Of a stretch of 64,000 nt of DNA, positions 37,640 through 49,522 are shown piece by piece. Below the pieces are notes generated by a model, which saw nothing but the letters and a program-made list of their open reading frames with translations, was not told where the DNA came from and made no database searches. This stretch comes from Carpediemonas membranifera BICM (Eukaryota > Protista > Fornicata), in the NCBI GenBank assembly GCA_019828565.1, contig JAHDYR010000002.1:310001-374000 (forward strand), in the 5' to 3' direction. A program made the position numbers and the translations under genes. Positions within the stretch are counted from its first letter, which is position 1. Each line of letters starts with the position of its first letter.

Positions 37640-38572
37640 GTGCCTGTCGCGGTAGGAGAAACCGCCAAGCCTGCATCCAAGCTTCAGCCCAAGACCACCA
37701 AGTCTGCGAAGAAGAAGGTGCAGACAAAGAAGCTGAGACAGCTGGCGCCGCGACGCGCTGGTACGCCTGCCCCGACACAACAGCAGGTCATCGTACCACT
37801 CAAGAACCTCAGCCGCCAGGAAGAGACAAGCCTTGAAACGTGGATTCGCAGCGTGCCGAAAAACTCTGCCATTACCATCGATATCTCTGGGATGGATGGT
37901 TTCAACGCCAGTGAGTCGACCCTTCACGAGCTGGAACACTCATTCCAGGAGAACAACGTCCGAGTTATTCGGGCCTGGATTGCTTACCAGCTTTGTCTCT
38001 ACGACTGTTTGTCAAGCCAGAAGATTAAGTATAACGAAAACGTGGCCCCCAGCGACGCCCTGCTCTCAGTGGCTCTTCAGCAGCAGAGGATCTTTGTCCA
38101 GGCGAACAAGCAAGGTGCACTTTCCACACGCCTTAACATAACGAAGACCCCCTTCTACAACAACGTTGTGGAGCGTCTGAAACTGATGGGTGAGACAGAA
38201 AGCATGATGTCAAAGTTCCACAACATCATTGGTGTCATCATCATCCACTTCGCCGACTTCACTTCCTTGCTGAAGAACCGAATGATCCCGAAGGATAACG
38301 ATACAGTCAGGGGCTTGAGCACCCTCATTGTTCACAGTCATCTGTGCATGGTTCACTCAACGGCGAAAGATATCCGTCCTGAGATCTACAATGCTCTGAC
38401 GACAAGCAGTACATTCCCGCCAGACCTTATGGCGTTTGCAAGAATGGCATTTGGTCTCGGACAAACCGCGGCGGTGACCCATGAGTCGCCCGAAAAGCAG
38501 AAGCATGCGGACAACACAATAGAGGATGATTCAGAGATCGAGACAAGTGGTAAGAGGGTGAGGACTGAGTAA
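37640..38572 (+). CDS. Hypothetical protein, copy 1 (true start uncertain)
   Basis: 310-aa ORF with a basic N-terminal region. Confidence 0.6.
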   Translation: MPVAVGETAKPASKLQPKTTKSAKKKVQTKKLRQLAPRRAGTPAPTQQQVIVPLKNLSRQEETSLETWIRSVPKNSAITIDISGMDGFNASESTLHELEHSFQENNVRVIRAWIAYQLCLYDCLSSQKIKYNENVAPSDALLSVALQQQRIFVQANKQGALSTRLNITKTPFYNNVVERLKLMGETESMMSKFHNIIGVIIIHFADFTSLLKNRMIPKDNDTVRGLSTLIVHSHLCMVHSTAKDIRPEIYNALTTSSTFPPDLMAFARMAFGLGQTAAVTHESPEKQKHADNTIEDDSEIETSGKRVRTE

Positions 38573-39516
38573 ATGGATTGCAAATGAGTCTTTTTAATGT
38601 CTCACCACCTGTTTGGGCCTCAGCGCTGTCGTTCAGGCCAATCCACGTTTGTGGATCCGTGCAGTTTATGGCTTATCGACCGGACATCTCCTGAACTGAG
38701 CGCCAGGGGGGCGGAGGTGGCGTTGGCGTGGGGCGTGGAGGCGCTGGGGGCGGGGGTGGCGTTGATATTGGGCAATTACATAAAGTGCACGGTGCTTGGA
38801 ATTTCATTCCAACCTCAAAATGGCGGGAAAGCATTATTGGAAGGAACTAGTGGCAGCTATGCGGTTCTTTATACTGCAAAAGCAACCAGCTGTCGTCAAA
38901 AGCGCGCCATCTACCATCAATAACCAACATCTGCGTTGCACTCCACTGTTCTCGGTCGTTAATGCACAAAATCACTAAACAACATCAGAAAGGAACAAAA
39001 GATAGATACTATAGACGTCCGTTTACCTATTCAGCCACTAAACAACATCAAAAGGACTGTTCATACGTTATTAAACATTGCTTGCTACTTCTGTTTCATC
39101 TTATTGTCGTTTACAGCTGTGTTGTCCTCAACAAATGCCAAGACAGATCAACGAGGCGTTCGCGGCTTCCCGTTGAAGACTTGCCATTGCCAGAGAGAGT
39201 GCCATGCCTGGCACGTCTCTCTTCTTGTCTGCCGCGTGAAGGAATCGACCAGGCTGGATTCATGTGCAGCTTATGCAGCAATGGACACTCTGGAGTCAGA
39301 ACTGCATTTGCAGCAGCTTATTGCTGCTATTGAGCTTACTTGTGGCCCTGTCCCATCAGAAAGAAACAACAGACAGGCCCGAAAGATCGCCGCGGTCATT
39401 TCTGGTGAGTTTGACAGAGCATTCGACCGTTTCTTGCGCGATCTCTTCGCCGACAGCCCGTCTATCATGAAGAGCTAGATCTCCTGGCGGAGATTCCCCA
39501 AGAGCCCATTGAAGAT

Positions 39517-40449
39517 GTGCCTGTCGCGGTAGGAGAAACCGCCAAGCCTGCATCCAAGCTTCAGCCCAAGACCACCAAGTCTGCGAAGAAGAAGGTGCAG
39601 ACAAAGAAGCTGAGACAGCTGGCGCCGCGACGCGCTGGTACGCCTGCCCCGACACAACAGCAGGTCATCGTACCACTCAAGAACCTCAGCCGCCAGGAAG
39701 AGACAAGCCTTGAAACGTGGATTCGCAGCGTGCCGAAAAACTCTGCCATTACCATCGATATCTCTGGGATGGATGGTTTCAACGCCAGTGAGTCGACCCT
39801 TCACGAGCTGGAACACTCATTCCAGGAGAACAACGTCCGAGTTATTCGGGCCTGGATTGCTTACCAGCTTTGTCTCTACGACTGTTTGTCAAGCCAGAAG
39901 ATTAAGTATAACGAAAACGTGGCCCCCAGCGACGCCCTGCTCTCAGTGGCTCTTCAGCAGCAGAGGATCTTTGTCCAGGCGAACAAGCAAGGTGCACTTT
40001 CCACACGCCTTAACATAACGAAGACCCCCTTCTACAACAACGTTGTGGAGCGTCTGAAACTGATGGGTGAGACAGAAAGCATGATGTCAAAGTTCCACAA
40101 CATCATTGGTGTCATCATCATCCACTTCGCCGACTTCACTTCCTTGCTGAAGAACCGAATGATCCCGAAGGATAACGATACAGTCAGGGGCTTGAGCACC
40201 CTCATTGTTCACAGTCATCTGTGCATGGTTCACTCAACGGCGAAAGATATCCGTCCTGAGATCTACAATGCTCTGACGACAAGCAGTACATTCCCGCCAG
40301 ACCTTATGGCGTTTGCAAGAATGGCATTTGGTCTCGGACAAACCGCGGCGGTGACCCATGAGTCGCCCGAAAAGCAGAAGCATGCGGACAACACAATAGA
40401 GGATGATTCAGAGATCGAGACAAGTGGTAAGAGGGTGAGGACTGAGTAA
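39517..40449 (+). CDS. Hypothetical protein, copy 2
   Basis: Identical to copy 1. Confidence 0.6.
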   Translation: MPVAVGETAKPASKLQPKTTKSAKKKVQTKKLRQLAPRRAGTPAPTQQQVIVPLKNLSRQEETSLETWIRSVPKNSAITIDISGMDGFNASESTLHELEHSFQENNVRVIRAWIAYQLCLYDCLSSQKIKYNENVAPSDALLSVALQQQRIFVQANKQGALSTRLNITKTPFYNNVVERLKLMGETESMMSKFHNIIGVIIIHFADFTSLLKNRMIPKDNDTVRGLSTLIVHSHLCMVHSTAKDIRPEIYNALTTSSTFPPDLMAFARMAFGLGQTAAVTHESPEKQKHADNTIEDDSEIETSGKRVRTE

Positions 40450-41022
40450 ATGGATTGCAAATGAGTCTTTTTAATGTCTCACCACCTGTTTGGGCCTCAG
40501 CGCTGTCGTTCAGGCCAATCCACGTTTGTGGATCCGTGCAGTTTATGGCTTATCGACCGGACATCTCCTGAACTGAGCGCCAGGGGGCGGAGGTGGCGTT
40601 GGCGTGGGGCGTGGAGGCGCTGGGGGCGGGGGTGGCGTTGATATTGGGCAATTACATAAAGTGCACGGTGCTTGGAATTTCATTCCAACCTCAAAATGGC
40701 GGGAAAGCATTATTGGAAGGAACTAGTGGCAGCTATGCGGTTCTTTATACTGCAAAAGCAACCAGCTGTCGTCAAAAGCGCGCCATCTACCATCAATAAC
40801 CAACATCTGCGTTGCACTCCACTGTTCTCGGTCGTTAATGCACAAAATCACTAAACAACATCAAAAGGACTGTTCATACGTTATTAAACATTGCTTGCTA
40901 CTTCTGTTACATCTCCTTAGGACATTTACTTCTGATTCTGTTTCTGCTCTCTCTTCTCCAGCACCTCTGCCATCTCGAGACCTGTCAGCAGCATTGATCT
41001 CATTCCTGCATCACAGAAAGTA

Positions 41023-42327
41023 TCAATCTCTTTTCGTCCGCTCAATCATTGCAATAAACTGCCTGTGCAGTCTTCCGCGCACACCTTTTGCGCACTTATT
41101 GGTGCTCACCTGCCTGTATCCCTTGTGGCATGTGTCACAGCTGACGTTCTCGCGTCCATGAAGGTCTCTACCACACACTATGCAGCGCCGATAGAAGACT
41201 TGACCCTCAAACCCTCGCTGACAGCAGTCGGTCAGTCTCTTTCGCTGAGCTGCAGACAGGGTGACCTCTTCTGTATCATCTAACAGAAGCGGACTCGGCT
41301 TGGCGACGCATTCATGCACGCGCATGATGACCTTGAGCTTGTCAAGACATTCGGCAGCAGTGGGACGCTTCGCAGGGTCGAAGTGGAGCATCTGCATTGC
41401 CAGGTCGTACAGGCTGAGACAAGTAGGTGGCGTGGTGCCGCGAATCGGGAGCTCAGAGTTCACGTTGACACACTCGAGGCAATCTTTGAAATGTGTCTGT
41501 GCCTGAGGTGACAACTGCAACTGCCCACCATAGAATTGGCACCAGTTCAGCAAGCTACCAAGCTTCAGCATCTTTTTCTTCTTCTTGTTGTCGATCTGCG
41601 CCATGTTTGCACCCATGTCAGTCACCTTCGCGGCAAAGGGGGACTTAGAGAGACCGTTAACGAGCATCATAATGACAATACCGCAAGAGTAAATGTCCGA
41701 TGCAGGTGTCACGACATAAGAAGTGACGGAAAGAGCCCCTGCCGTCATGCGCGCGAGCTTGGAGGTGTCGCGTGCAGCAGTAATCACTGAGCGCGAGACA
41801 AGGTACTCGTAGAACAGCTCTGGGGGCAAATATCCATGGGTGCCGCGATACTCGGATGCGAATCTCAGTTGTATGGCCCACCTGTCGTCGCCATTAGCCG
41901 GCTTCCTCATTGCAGACCCAAAATCAATGAGGTATCCCTTCTGACTCTTGCTGAAGAGGAAGTTGTCTGGCTTAATATCGCAATGGACAACCCCGTGGTC
42001 ATGCATGTAGCATACTGCCTGCAGCAGATGCGAAACATAGCGGAACTGCACGCTGGAGTGAGCCTTGCAGATGCCAGCGAAGGGGGTACAGTTGACCAAA
42101 GGAGCCATGAAGGCTGGATCACGGTCGACAAAACCTGTATCGACGACAGGGAGGACATGCGGACTGTCCTTGAGCGCTAGCAGGGTGGGAACCTCCATAC
42201 CATAATGCTCATCAACTTTGATCACGACCTGCAGCTTTTCAGGTTCAAAGTCGTGCAGATATTGTCTACTATTACCAGGTAAGGAAGTAAGTCGCTCCAG
42301 CTTGTCGCTATCTAGCTCGAACACCAT
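41023..42327 (-). CDS. Ser/Thr protein kinase with C-terminal Cys cluster
   Basis: VVIK, HCDIKPDNFL, DFG, GTHGYLPPE, DIYSCG and RPTAAECL. Confidence 0.9.
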   Translation of the reverse strand: MVFELDSDKLERLTSLPGNSRQYLHDFEPEKLQVVIKVDEHYGMEVPTLLALKDSPHVLPVVDTGFVDRDPAFMAPLVNCTPFAGICKAHSSVQFRYVSHLLQAVCYMHDHGVVHCDIKPDNFLFSKSQKGYLIDFGSAMRKPANGDDRWAIQLRFASEYRGTHGYLPPELFYEYLVSRSVITAARDTSKLARMTAGALSVTSYVVTPASDIYSCGIVIMMLVNGLSKSPFAAKVTDMGANMAQIDNKKKKKMLKLGSLLNWCQFYGGQLQLSPQAQTHFKDCLECVNVNSELPIRGTTPPTCLSLYDLAMQMLHFDPAKRPTAAECLDKLKVIMRVHECVAKPSPLLLDDTEEVTLSAAQRKRLTDCCQRGFEGQVFYRRCIVCGRDLHGRENVSCDTCHKGYRQVSTNKCAKGVRGRLHRQFIAMIERTKRD

Positions 42328-42491
42328 GCACAGGTAGCTGTGTGAAATTCGGTCTTAAAGTGCATTTCGCGACAGCTAGCTGTGCGTCGCAACGAGAGAA
42401 GTAGCAGTGGAAAACAAGCCAGGACTGGCTTATGAATGGTGTTTATGGACATCAGCTATGCTCCAATCATAAACTCTTCCTCTTTACAATG

Positions 42492-43689
42492 TCAGATGAA
42501 GGAAAAGACGATACTGTCGGCAGTATCGCTCTCTGAGCGCTCCTCATCAATCACATTCTCTTGAATCTCCCCATCACCATCTCTGCCCGCCACCTCCCCG
42601 CCATGCTCGTCGTGGTCGATCTTTGGTTCCTCATCGGCACTCTTGCATAAGTCCACCTCCTCACCAAAGGCGCCCTCCTCGCTCTCCTCGCGAGCTGGCA
42701 CCTCGTAGTGCATCCACTCTGCCTGGTAAGCTGGCTCGTCGGACACCGCCTCCTCGTCAGTATCGCCCTCTCTCTCGCCCTCTGGCATCTCTGTCTCGCG
42801 AGTCAGCGAGCCGAACTCCGCCTCCTTGTCAGCCTCGCTCTGCCTCTCTTTCTTCTTAGTATCGTGAAGCTCGATCATTCTGGCCTTGAGCCTGTTGTAA
42901 AGCCAGCCATCGAGCATCGGCGGCACCAGGTCGGCAGAGCTTGTGATCTCCGGGTTGAGATCAAAGATCGTCGGGCGCCGCGTGGTCGTTAAGTGACTGG
43001 ACGCCAACTGGTGCCTGAACTGCTCATCGGTCAGGCTGATGCGCTTGTCCTTAATGACCTTCTGAGGCTTCTCCTGCGGTCTGCCGCGGCGCTCTAGCGT
43101 GCCGATAGACTGCATCCTATCGGTGGACACGTCGATCCGCTGCGCAAAGCGAAGCATGCGAACCGTCAACCCCTGAACCTTGAGCGCCTCCGATACAGCA
43201 CTGGCCTGCGGGAATCCCGATTTGAGCGTGCCAAAGCCCATCCAGCTCGGGCACGAGGTAAGGTCTATCGCATCGGGGAGATTACCTTGGAGATACGAAT
43301 ACTCCCAGCCCGTCTGGTTGAGCAGAATGGCAATGGCGCCATACGGGCTGGGGAGACTCTCAACTGATGCAGGGGACACCTCTTCCTCCTCTTTCCAGGA
43401 CAACGGCTTCGCAGGGTGTGGCAAGTCGAAGTTCCGGAAAGACTGAACAGCCGAAACGATCCTCTTAGCCATAGCAGGCGTCTTTGTAGCGAAATAATGC
43501 GCCAAATAAGTCGTAACGTTGTCGCTTCGGACAATCTCGATGCCCTTCTGCATTTCAGCGCCTGTTTCCTGGCAAATGCTGGCCAAAAACGTCCTCCAGG
43601 TGCTTCTTGTACACACTACGCGTCTTCACTGAAACTCTATCAGACCAGCGCTTAACAATATCGTCGTTATTTGCAGCTAGAACCTCCAT
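42492..43689 (-). CDS. Degenerate tyrosine-recombinase-fold protein with acidic tail (+1 T frameshift near 43587)
   Basis: SVKTRSVYKKHL...VTTYL...IVSAVQSF (core-binding-like), AILLNQTGWEYSYL (box I-like without Arg), EQFRHQLAS (box II-like). Confidence 0.4.
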
Positions 43690-43702
43690 AACACGAGTTT
43701 TC

Positions 43703-43899
43703 TGTTGGTATTGCAATTTCAGAATTTCGTACATACAAAATTATCAAATACTTGGATTCGACCTAAACTTGGCTCAGATCCGCAATCCTGAGCTGGAGTG
43801 GGTTCATGGGAACTTTTTAAATTTTAAAGTAGTCATGAACATCCAAATTCTAAGACAATCTCCGGTACTGGAAGTAATTCTGAAATTGCAATACCAACA
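43703..43899. repeat. Perfect 24-bp inverted repeat TGTTGGTATTGCAATTTCAGAATT with 149-bp spacer
   Basis: Arms at 43703-43726 and 43876-43899; a partial third copy near 44016. Confidence 0.9.
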
Positions 43900-44921
43900 C
43901 AAGTTATATTTCTGAAAACCGAATACACGGTGATACTGTTATCTATTAGCTCCAGTAGGGACCCAGGCCAGGTTTTGTACACCCTACCCGCTTGCCTCGG
44001 AATTCGGACATGCCGAAATTCTGAAATTCGAATACCACCGCCCATTTTTTGACGTATGAGATCAGTATCCCATGCCAAACCTCAGGACCGCATTCGTGTA
44101 CCTTTTCCTGCCCTGTATCCATTATATAACCACCCAATTTCCTTTCACAATGTGCACTTTATGCTCGCAACGAGACTGAAATGGCGAACTTAAGAATAGA
44201 AAGAATACTGGCAGCTTTAACGTAGTAGGCATGCACATATCACTAAGAAACATCAGTAAGCGAGCGCAGAGCATCATTAAAGCAACAATAATCCCTAAAC
44301 AACATCAAGTACCATAAGTCCACCACGTCCATACGATATGAACTATAAATGGAGCATAGATCAGTACAGATGATTTGAAAGTACCAGGCATGGCCAGAAT
44401 ACCGCAATTATCGTCCGTTGATCCACGTGACCTCCATCTTGGTCGGTATCCAGAGAACCTCCGTCAGACGCTTGCAACGGAACATTTAGGGGAGCATCCT
44501 GAATGGGGCCAGATTTGAGGGACCCTTGGTCTGACATGCCATGACCGAGTACTCTAGGGGCCTCCACAGTGCGTCCCGAGGTACGTTATAGCACCACAGA
44601 CCTTCCCCCAAAAGCTGACTCCTGGACCCCTTGGCCGGAGCTCGCCAAAACGTGAAAATCGGCGATGATTTCTCCGTATAACGTCATAGGGGGTTATATG
44701 GGGCTCTTTTCAGCCGCAGATAACGTCTCTTGGCCATATTAAATTTGCGAAAGGCCCCGGCTCGCTGGCCGGACGATTTAATCAGCATCGGCGAGAATGG
44801 ACGTGTGGGTAGGGCTAGGGGTGTGATGACGGCTGGTGGTAGTCACGGTGTGAGTGCTTACAAGCCGCAGGCGATATACATAAACTTTTAGTAACCATTT
44901 AACGTCTCTTGGCGATATACG

Positions 44922-46641
44922 ATGCTAGACTTGTTCACTTGGCTGGAAGAAGCCACTGAGTTCGAGAAGAAGGAGCTAATGACCAAGATCAATGCAGCTG
45001 CAAGCGCTAAAGGCAAATGCGACGTCCTTCGCGCGCTTTTGCTGCCTAGGCGCGATTTACTCGCTACTGTGATCAAGGAACGTACGTTACTGAGCGAAAT
45101 TGTTTACACAGGTGTTAATCTCAAGCGTATTGCCACGTTCTTCCGCCTCACGCGCCAGGAGACAGAAGATATGAAGAAGGACCTTAAGGCGCAGTTTATG
45201 GCGACGATGAAATTGAATGAGGGTGAAAGGGTCACAGGGGAACACAAGAAAACACTGAAGCAGGTCCTCGGCGGGGATACCTTCACGCACCTGTACGACG
45301 GCGAGGTGGAGAGCGCGCGTATTCGGGTGAAGAAGAGCATTCGTGAGGCTAGAATGAAGACAAACGCTAGGCTTGAGTGTGAACTCGCGAAGGAGGAGGA
45401 CGAGGACATCAGGGATTGTACTCGGGTTCAGATGATGAAGCTGGCCGATGAGGAAGACCGAAAGGAGTTGGAAAAGGAGATGGAATACACGCGCGAGTCC
45501 AAGTATGACGTGGTATGGGAGCGAGTGTACGATGAGATCTGCGGTACTCGTCGTGTGCGGGCCCGCAGGGATAACGCCCCCTGTCCCGGCGAGGATCACG
45601 CCGACCACGTGCTTCAGCGCTATCTCTGGGCCGACCAGATCGATACTCAGGCGCTTACTGGCGAGAAGACGTTGACCACGAGACTCCCTGCTGAAGCTCG
45701 AGTCGTACGTCGCGTGACAGCCAGTCTGATCTCTGCTCAGAAGACGGAGATCCAATCTCTCAAGGAGCAGGTCGAGCGGCTGAAGAAGCAGGTGACTGAC
45801 GAGAGAAGAGACCACTTTCTTGAGTGCAGGCGTATCCATCATGAGCATGACGTTGGGTACCTTGCTTCCTGCGATGTTTCGTTCGCCGCCAGCCCCATGC
45901 CGCCACAGTCTGGCACGCTCTCCAGGACTTCCTGCCCCCGACGCGCTACGAACGAGCCCGAGGCCTCCATGTCTGTGAAGCGCAAGGCCCTCTTCATCAC
46001 GCCCGAGAAGGCCAGGCCTGAGGACTCAGAGGAGGAGACAGAGGAGGAGCAGGAGGAGGCGAAGGAGAAGAGGGGTGAGGCAGAAGAGGAGACGGTGAAC
46101 ACATGCGACGCCTGCATCCAGACTGAGCCGGAGACTCAGACTCGCATCACCTCTGAGGCCGCGGTGCAGACGTGCATCAACGTGGAGGCTCTCACGACTA
46201 ACTGTACCGCGATTCATGTCAAGAGTGACGGCAACTGCGTTGCATATTGTCTCCAAGCCATTGAGTTGGGTGGCCGAGTTGATGGCGACTTCGAAAAAGT
46301 GGCAGCGTGGCCTCTGCCAGTCAGTGAAGGCCAAGTACTGGTCTAAGAAGAATGTCACGGAGCGTAGCCTGACAGATCCGGACTCCGGCTACTATAACTC
46401 GAACGCCATCCGAGTCTGGGCAAGGAAGCAGAAGCGGAACATCCTTGTTGTCCAGTCATACGACGGATACAACGGCATGCAAGGCATCTCCGCCATCTTA
46501 TACCTGTTTGATGGCACCACCATGCTTGCACCCGATACAGACTTGTGGGGGTTGACAGATAATTTCGCTATTGTCATCGAAGGCGATCCGGCTCACGCCA
46601 CGCTGTACCAGAAGAAGTGCGAGGTCGTTGAGATTGAATAA
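44922..46641 (+). CDS. Coiled-coil + OTU-like protein (+1 A frameshift near 46296)
   Basis: First ~400 aa nearly identical to 18880-20757. OTU domain VKSDGNCVAYCL...AHATLY. Confidence 0.75.
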
Positions 46642-46684
46642 AGATTTGGATATGCCTTTGTAGTGCGTTCGACTGTGTACGTTT

Positions 46685-47402
46685 AGGAGAAGGCTGAGAC
46701 GGAGAAGAAGGAGGACAAGGAGGTGGAGACAGAGGAGAAGAAGGGTAAGTAGGCAGACGAGGAGGAGCCTGACACGGTGGTGCGTGGGCCGGAAGATGAC
46801 GACAATATGTCAGTCGTGTCGATCAGTGACAACGAGCATGAGCCTGAGCTGGTCTTCGACGTACAAACCGCGATCGACAGGATCCTGACCTGCCCTGCCA
46901 AGGAGATTCACCGTGACGGAGCCTGCATCGCTCATTCGCTCAACGACATTAAGCACGGCCAAGTACTGGGTAAGAATCGAATCAAACATTTCAAAAAAAT
47001 CATCTGAGAGAACACACCGAGGAATCCATGGCCAAAAAGGCCGAGGGCCAGGTCAGGGGCACATGGTGGGACCCTTCCGAGCTGTTCAACGGCCAGGGCT
47101 GGCTGACAAGCACTGCTATCTCGGCTTGGACGCATCTTGAGAAGGAGAAGGTCATGGTCCTGCAGCGCAGAGAAGAGGAAGATGGTCGCATAGTCAACTC
47201 AGCGACTGTTTACGACAACGGAAGGGTCTACCCTCAGGATTTCAGAAGTCTGACTCAACTCAGTGATGCCATCAGGGAGACGGGCCACGAGAAGGTCATT
47301 GTCATTACGGGTAATCATGCCACGGTGTATCTCGTGGCGGAGCTTCTGTCAGATGGCACTGGTGAAGAGAGTGTGCCGAAGACAAGGAAGGGGAGGAAGT
47401 AA
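46685..47402 (+). pseudogene. Orphan OTU-like C-terminal domain with an acidic linker remnant
   Basis: IHRDGACIAHSL ... ISAWTHL ... NHATVY. In-frame stop in the linker and an indel in the A-run near 46995. Confidence 0.6.
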
Positions 47403-47587
47403 ATGGTTTGATGTGTTCGGTTGTCTTTCATCTGTGAAATGAGAACAGGCGTGAGTGTCATGGACACAGATGGCCCGGACAGCGTTGCCTCCGTCTTGGC
47501 ATTTGTTGAGGACAACACAGCTGTAAACGACAATAAGATGAAACAGAAGTAGCAAGCAATGTTTAATAACGTATGAACAGTCCTTTT

Positions 47588-49522
47588 GATGTTGTTTAGT
47601 GATTTTTGTGCATTAACGACCGAGAACAGTGGAGTGCAACGCAGATGTTGGTTATTGATGGTAGATGGCGCGCTTTTGACGACAGCTGGTTGCTTTTGCA
47701 GTATAAAGAACCGCATAGCTGCCACTAGTTCCTTCCAATAATGCTTTCCCGCCATTTTGAGGTTGGAATGAAATTCCAAGCACCGTGCACTTTATGTAAT
47801 TGCCCAATATCAACGCCACCCCCGCCCCCAGCGCCTCCACGCCCCACGCCAACGCCACCTCCGCCCCCTGGCGCTCAGTTCAGGAGATGTCCGGTCGATA
47901 AGCCATAAACTGCACGGATCCACAAACGTGGATTGGCCTGAACGACAGCGCTGAGGCCCAGACATGCACATATACATTCATTTATTCCTGTCTCGCTCTC
48001 TTGCCTGTCTGATCGCGACGTTTGACCCACTCAAATGCCTCATCTGTGAGGGTAGACAGAGACGTCGCGAGTATTCCCAGTCCTAACCTTCCGAATCAAC
48101 GTTCGGCAAGGATCTTTGGGTGTCGTCGTTGAGGTACGACGGCAAGCCCACTCTGAGGTCTCGCATGAGCCCCCGCACACGATGCAACGTCCTGACAGGA
48201 CAAGCGGGGGGTCATGCGTTCTGGCCATAGCTAGCTGGTCCACCTGGCTAGCAGTCAGTGTGCGGGACATGAGCGTACCGCGCGTCTTGCCCGTGTCTTC
48301 GGGCCTGGGCCTCGGCTCATCCAGGTCTCCGACGTCCGAAGTCGTCATCGTTGCCTGCTCCAAAGTGGTGGGCTCCGGCTGAGACCTGACACCTGGCAGC
48401 CTGAGCATGGTCTTACGGCCGCCGCTACGCAGCCTCTCAATCTCATCCTCAAGAATGCTGACCTTCTTCGTCAGAGCATGATGTTCACTTGTCGCAACGA
48501 GCGACACTGGCGACTTAAGCAGCGCGATGAACGCCCTGACGTTATCGTGCAATGGAACCGAGAAGGCCTGGGCCAAGCTCTCGACCAGCTCCAGGACCTT
48601 GGGCAGGGTGTCGGGCTCAAGCTCATTGTGAGCTGCGCGGTTCCGGTACTCAACGAGATCACGAATGATCTTGGCATGGGCTTTGTTGTACGCCGCTCGA
48701 TTGGACATCTCACGAAGGATTCTTGATGAATCCACGTCCTGTTCGAGCTCTTTGCCGAGGAGGTCCTTCTCGGTGCTATTGGGCTTGCACCCGGGGTTAA
48801 ATGCAGGCGAGGCCAAGATCTTCCGCATCCAAGGGACCATCATGGCGAGCAGCTGAAGAACTCGCGCATTATCGCCAAGGATGCGGAGCTGCTCATCGTT
48901 CCATGGTGAAATGAACAGGTGATGATCTTGTCGAGCGGATGATTGCCCTTTGAGAGGTGCTTGGCGATGCTTAGCGCGATATCGGTCCATCCACAACTGT
49001 GGATGACGAGCAATTTAAGGTAGGTGCCGCATCAGTCAATAACCCCGTGCTATCGTGCAATAGAACACAGTTAACACTGCTTTCCATGCGCAGCAACACA
49101 GCCTGTGGCGGAGAGACGCCCGGTATGGACGACACCAGGTGATCCACAAACGTGGATTGGCCAATTACGTCGGCCCCTCCCATCCCGCATCCCTCAGGAT
49201 ACGCAAGCACAAGCTCTCTCCCTGCAGCACCTCTCTGGCGCTCTCTAAAATCGTCGTATAGCGTAAACAGAATGTGCCGCATCAGTCATTCGTTCATTTT
49301 ATTCCACTTATCACTCTTGGTCATCCTCCTCATCACTCACCTCCTCGCGGATACTGACATCATCACGAGCCTCGTCATCCGCGAGTGTCAATGGCTCTGT
49401 AATAGCGCGGGCAGCGTTGGTATACTCACCGTTGAACTGTCGCTGGCCTCTCTGAATGCGAGGAAAGCAATTCACGCACACCGGAACACGACGAGAAGGA
49501 CGCTTCAACATGTCAGTTCCAG
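47588..49522 (-). repeat. Inverted duplication of 33315-35250 (PHD gene 3' fragment, HEPN gene, module R)
   Basis: Identical translations on the opposite strand; the HEPN copy has a +1 G near 48050. Confidence 0.92.

Larger units (their letters stand above)
36694..40908 (+). repeat. Tandem duplication of a 1876-1877 bp unit (module R + 310-aa ORF): two full units plus a partial third
   Basis: Units start at 36694, 38570 and 40447; the translations are identical. Confidence 0.95.
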
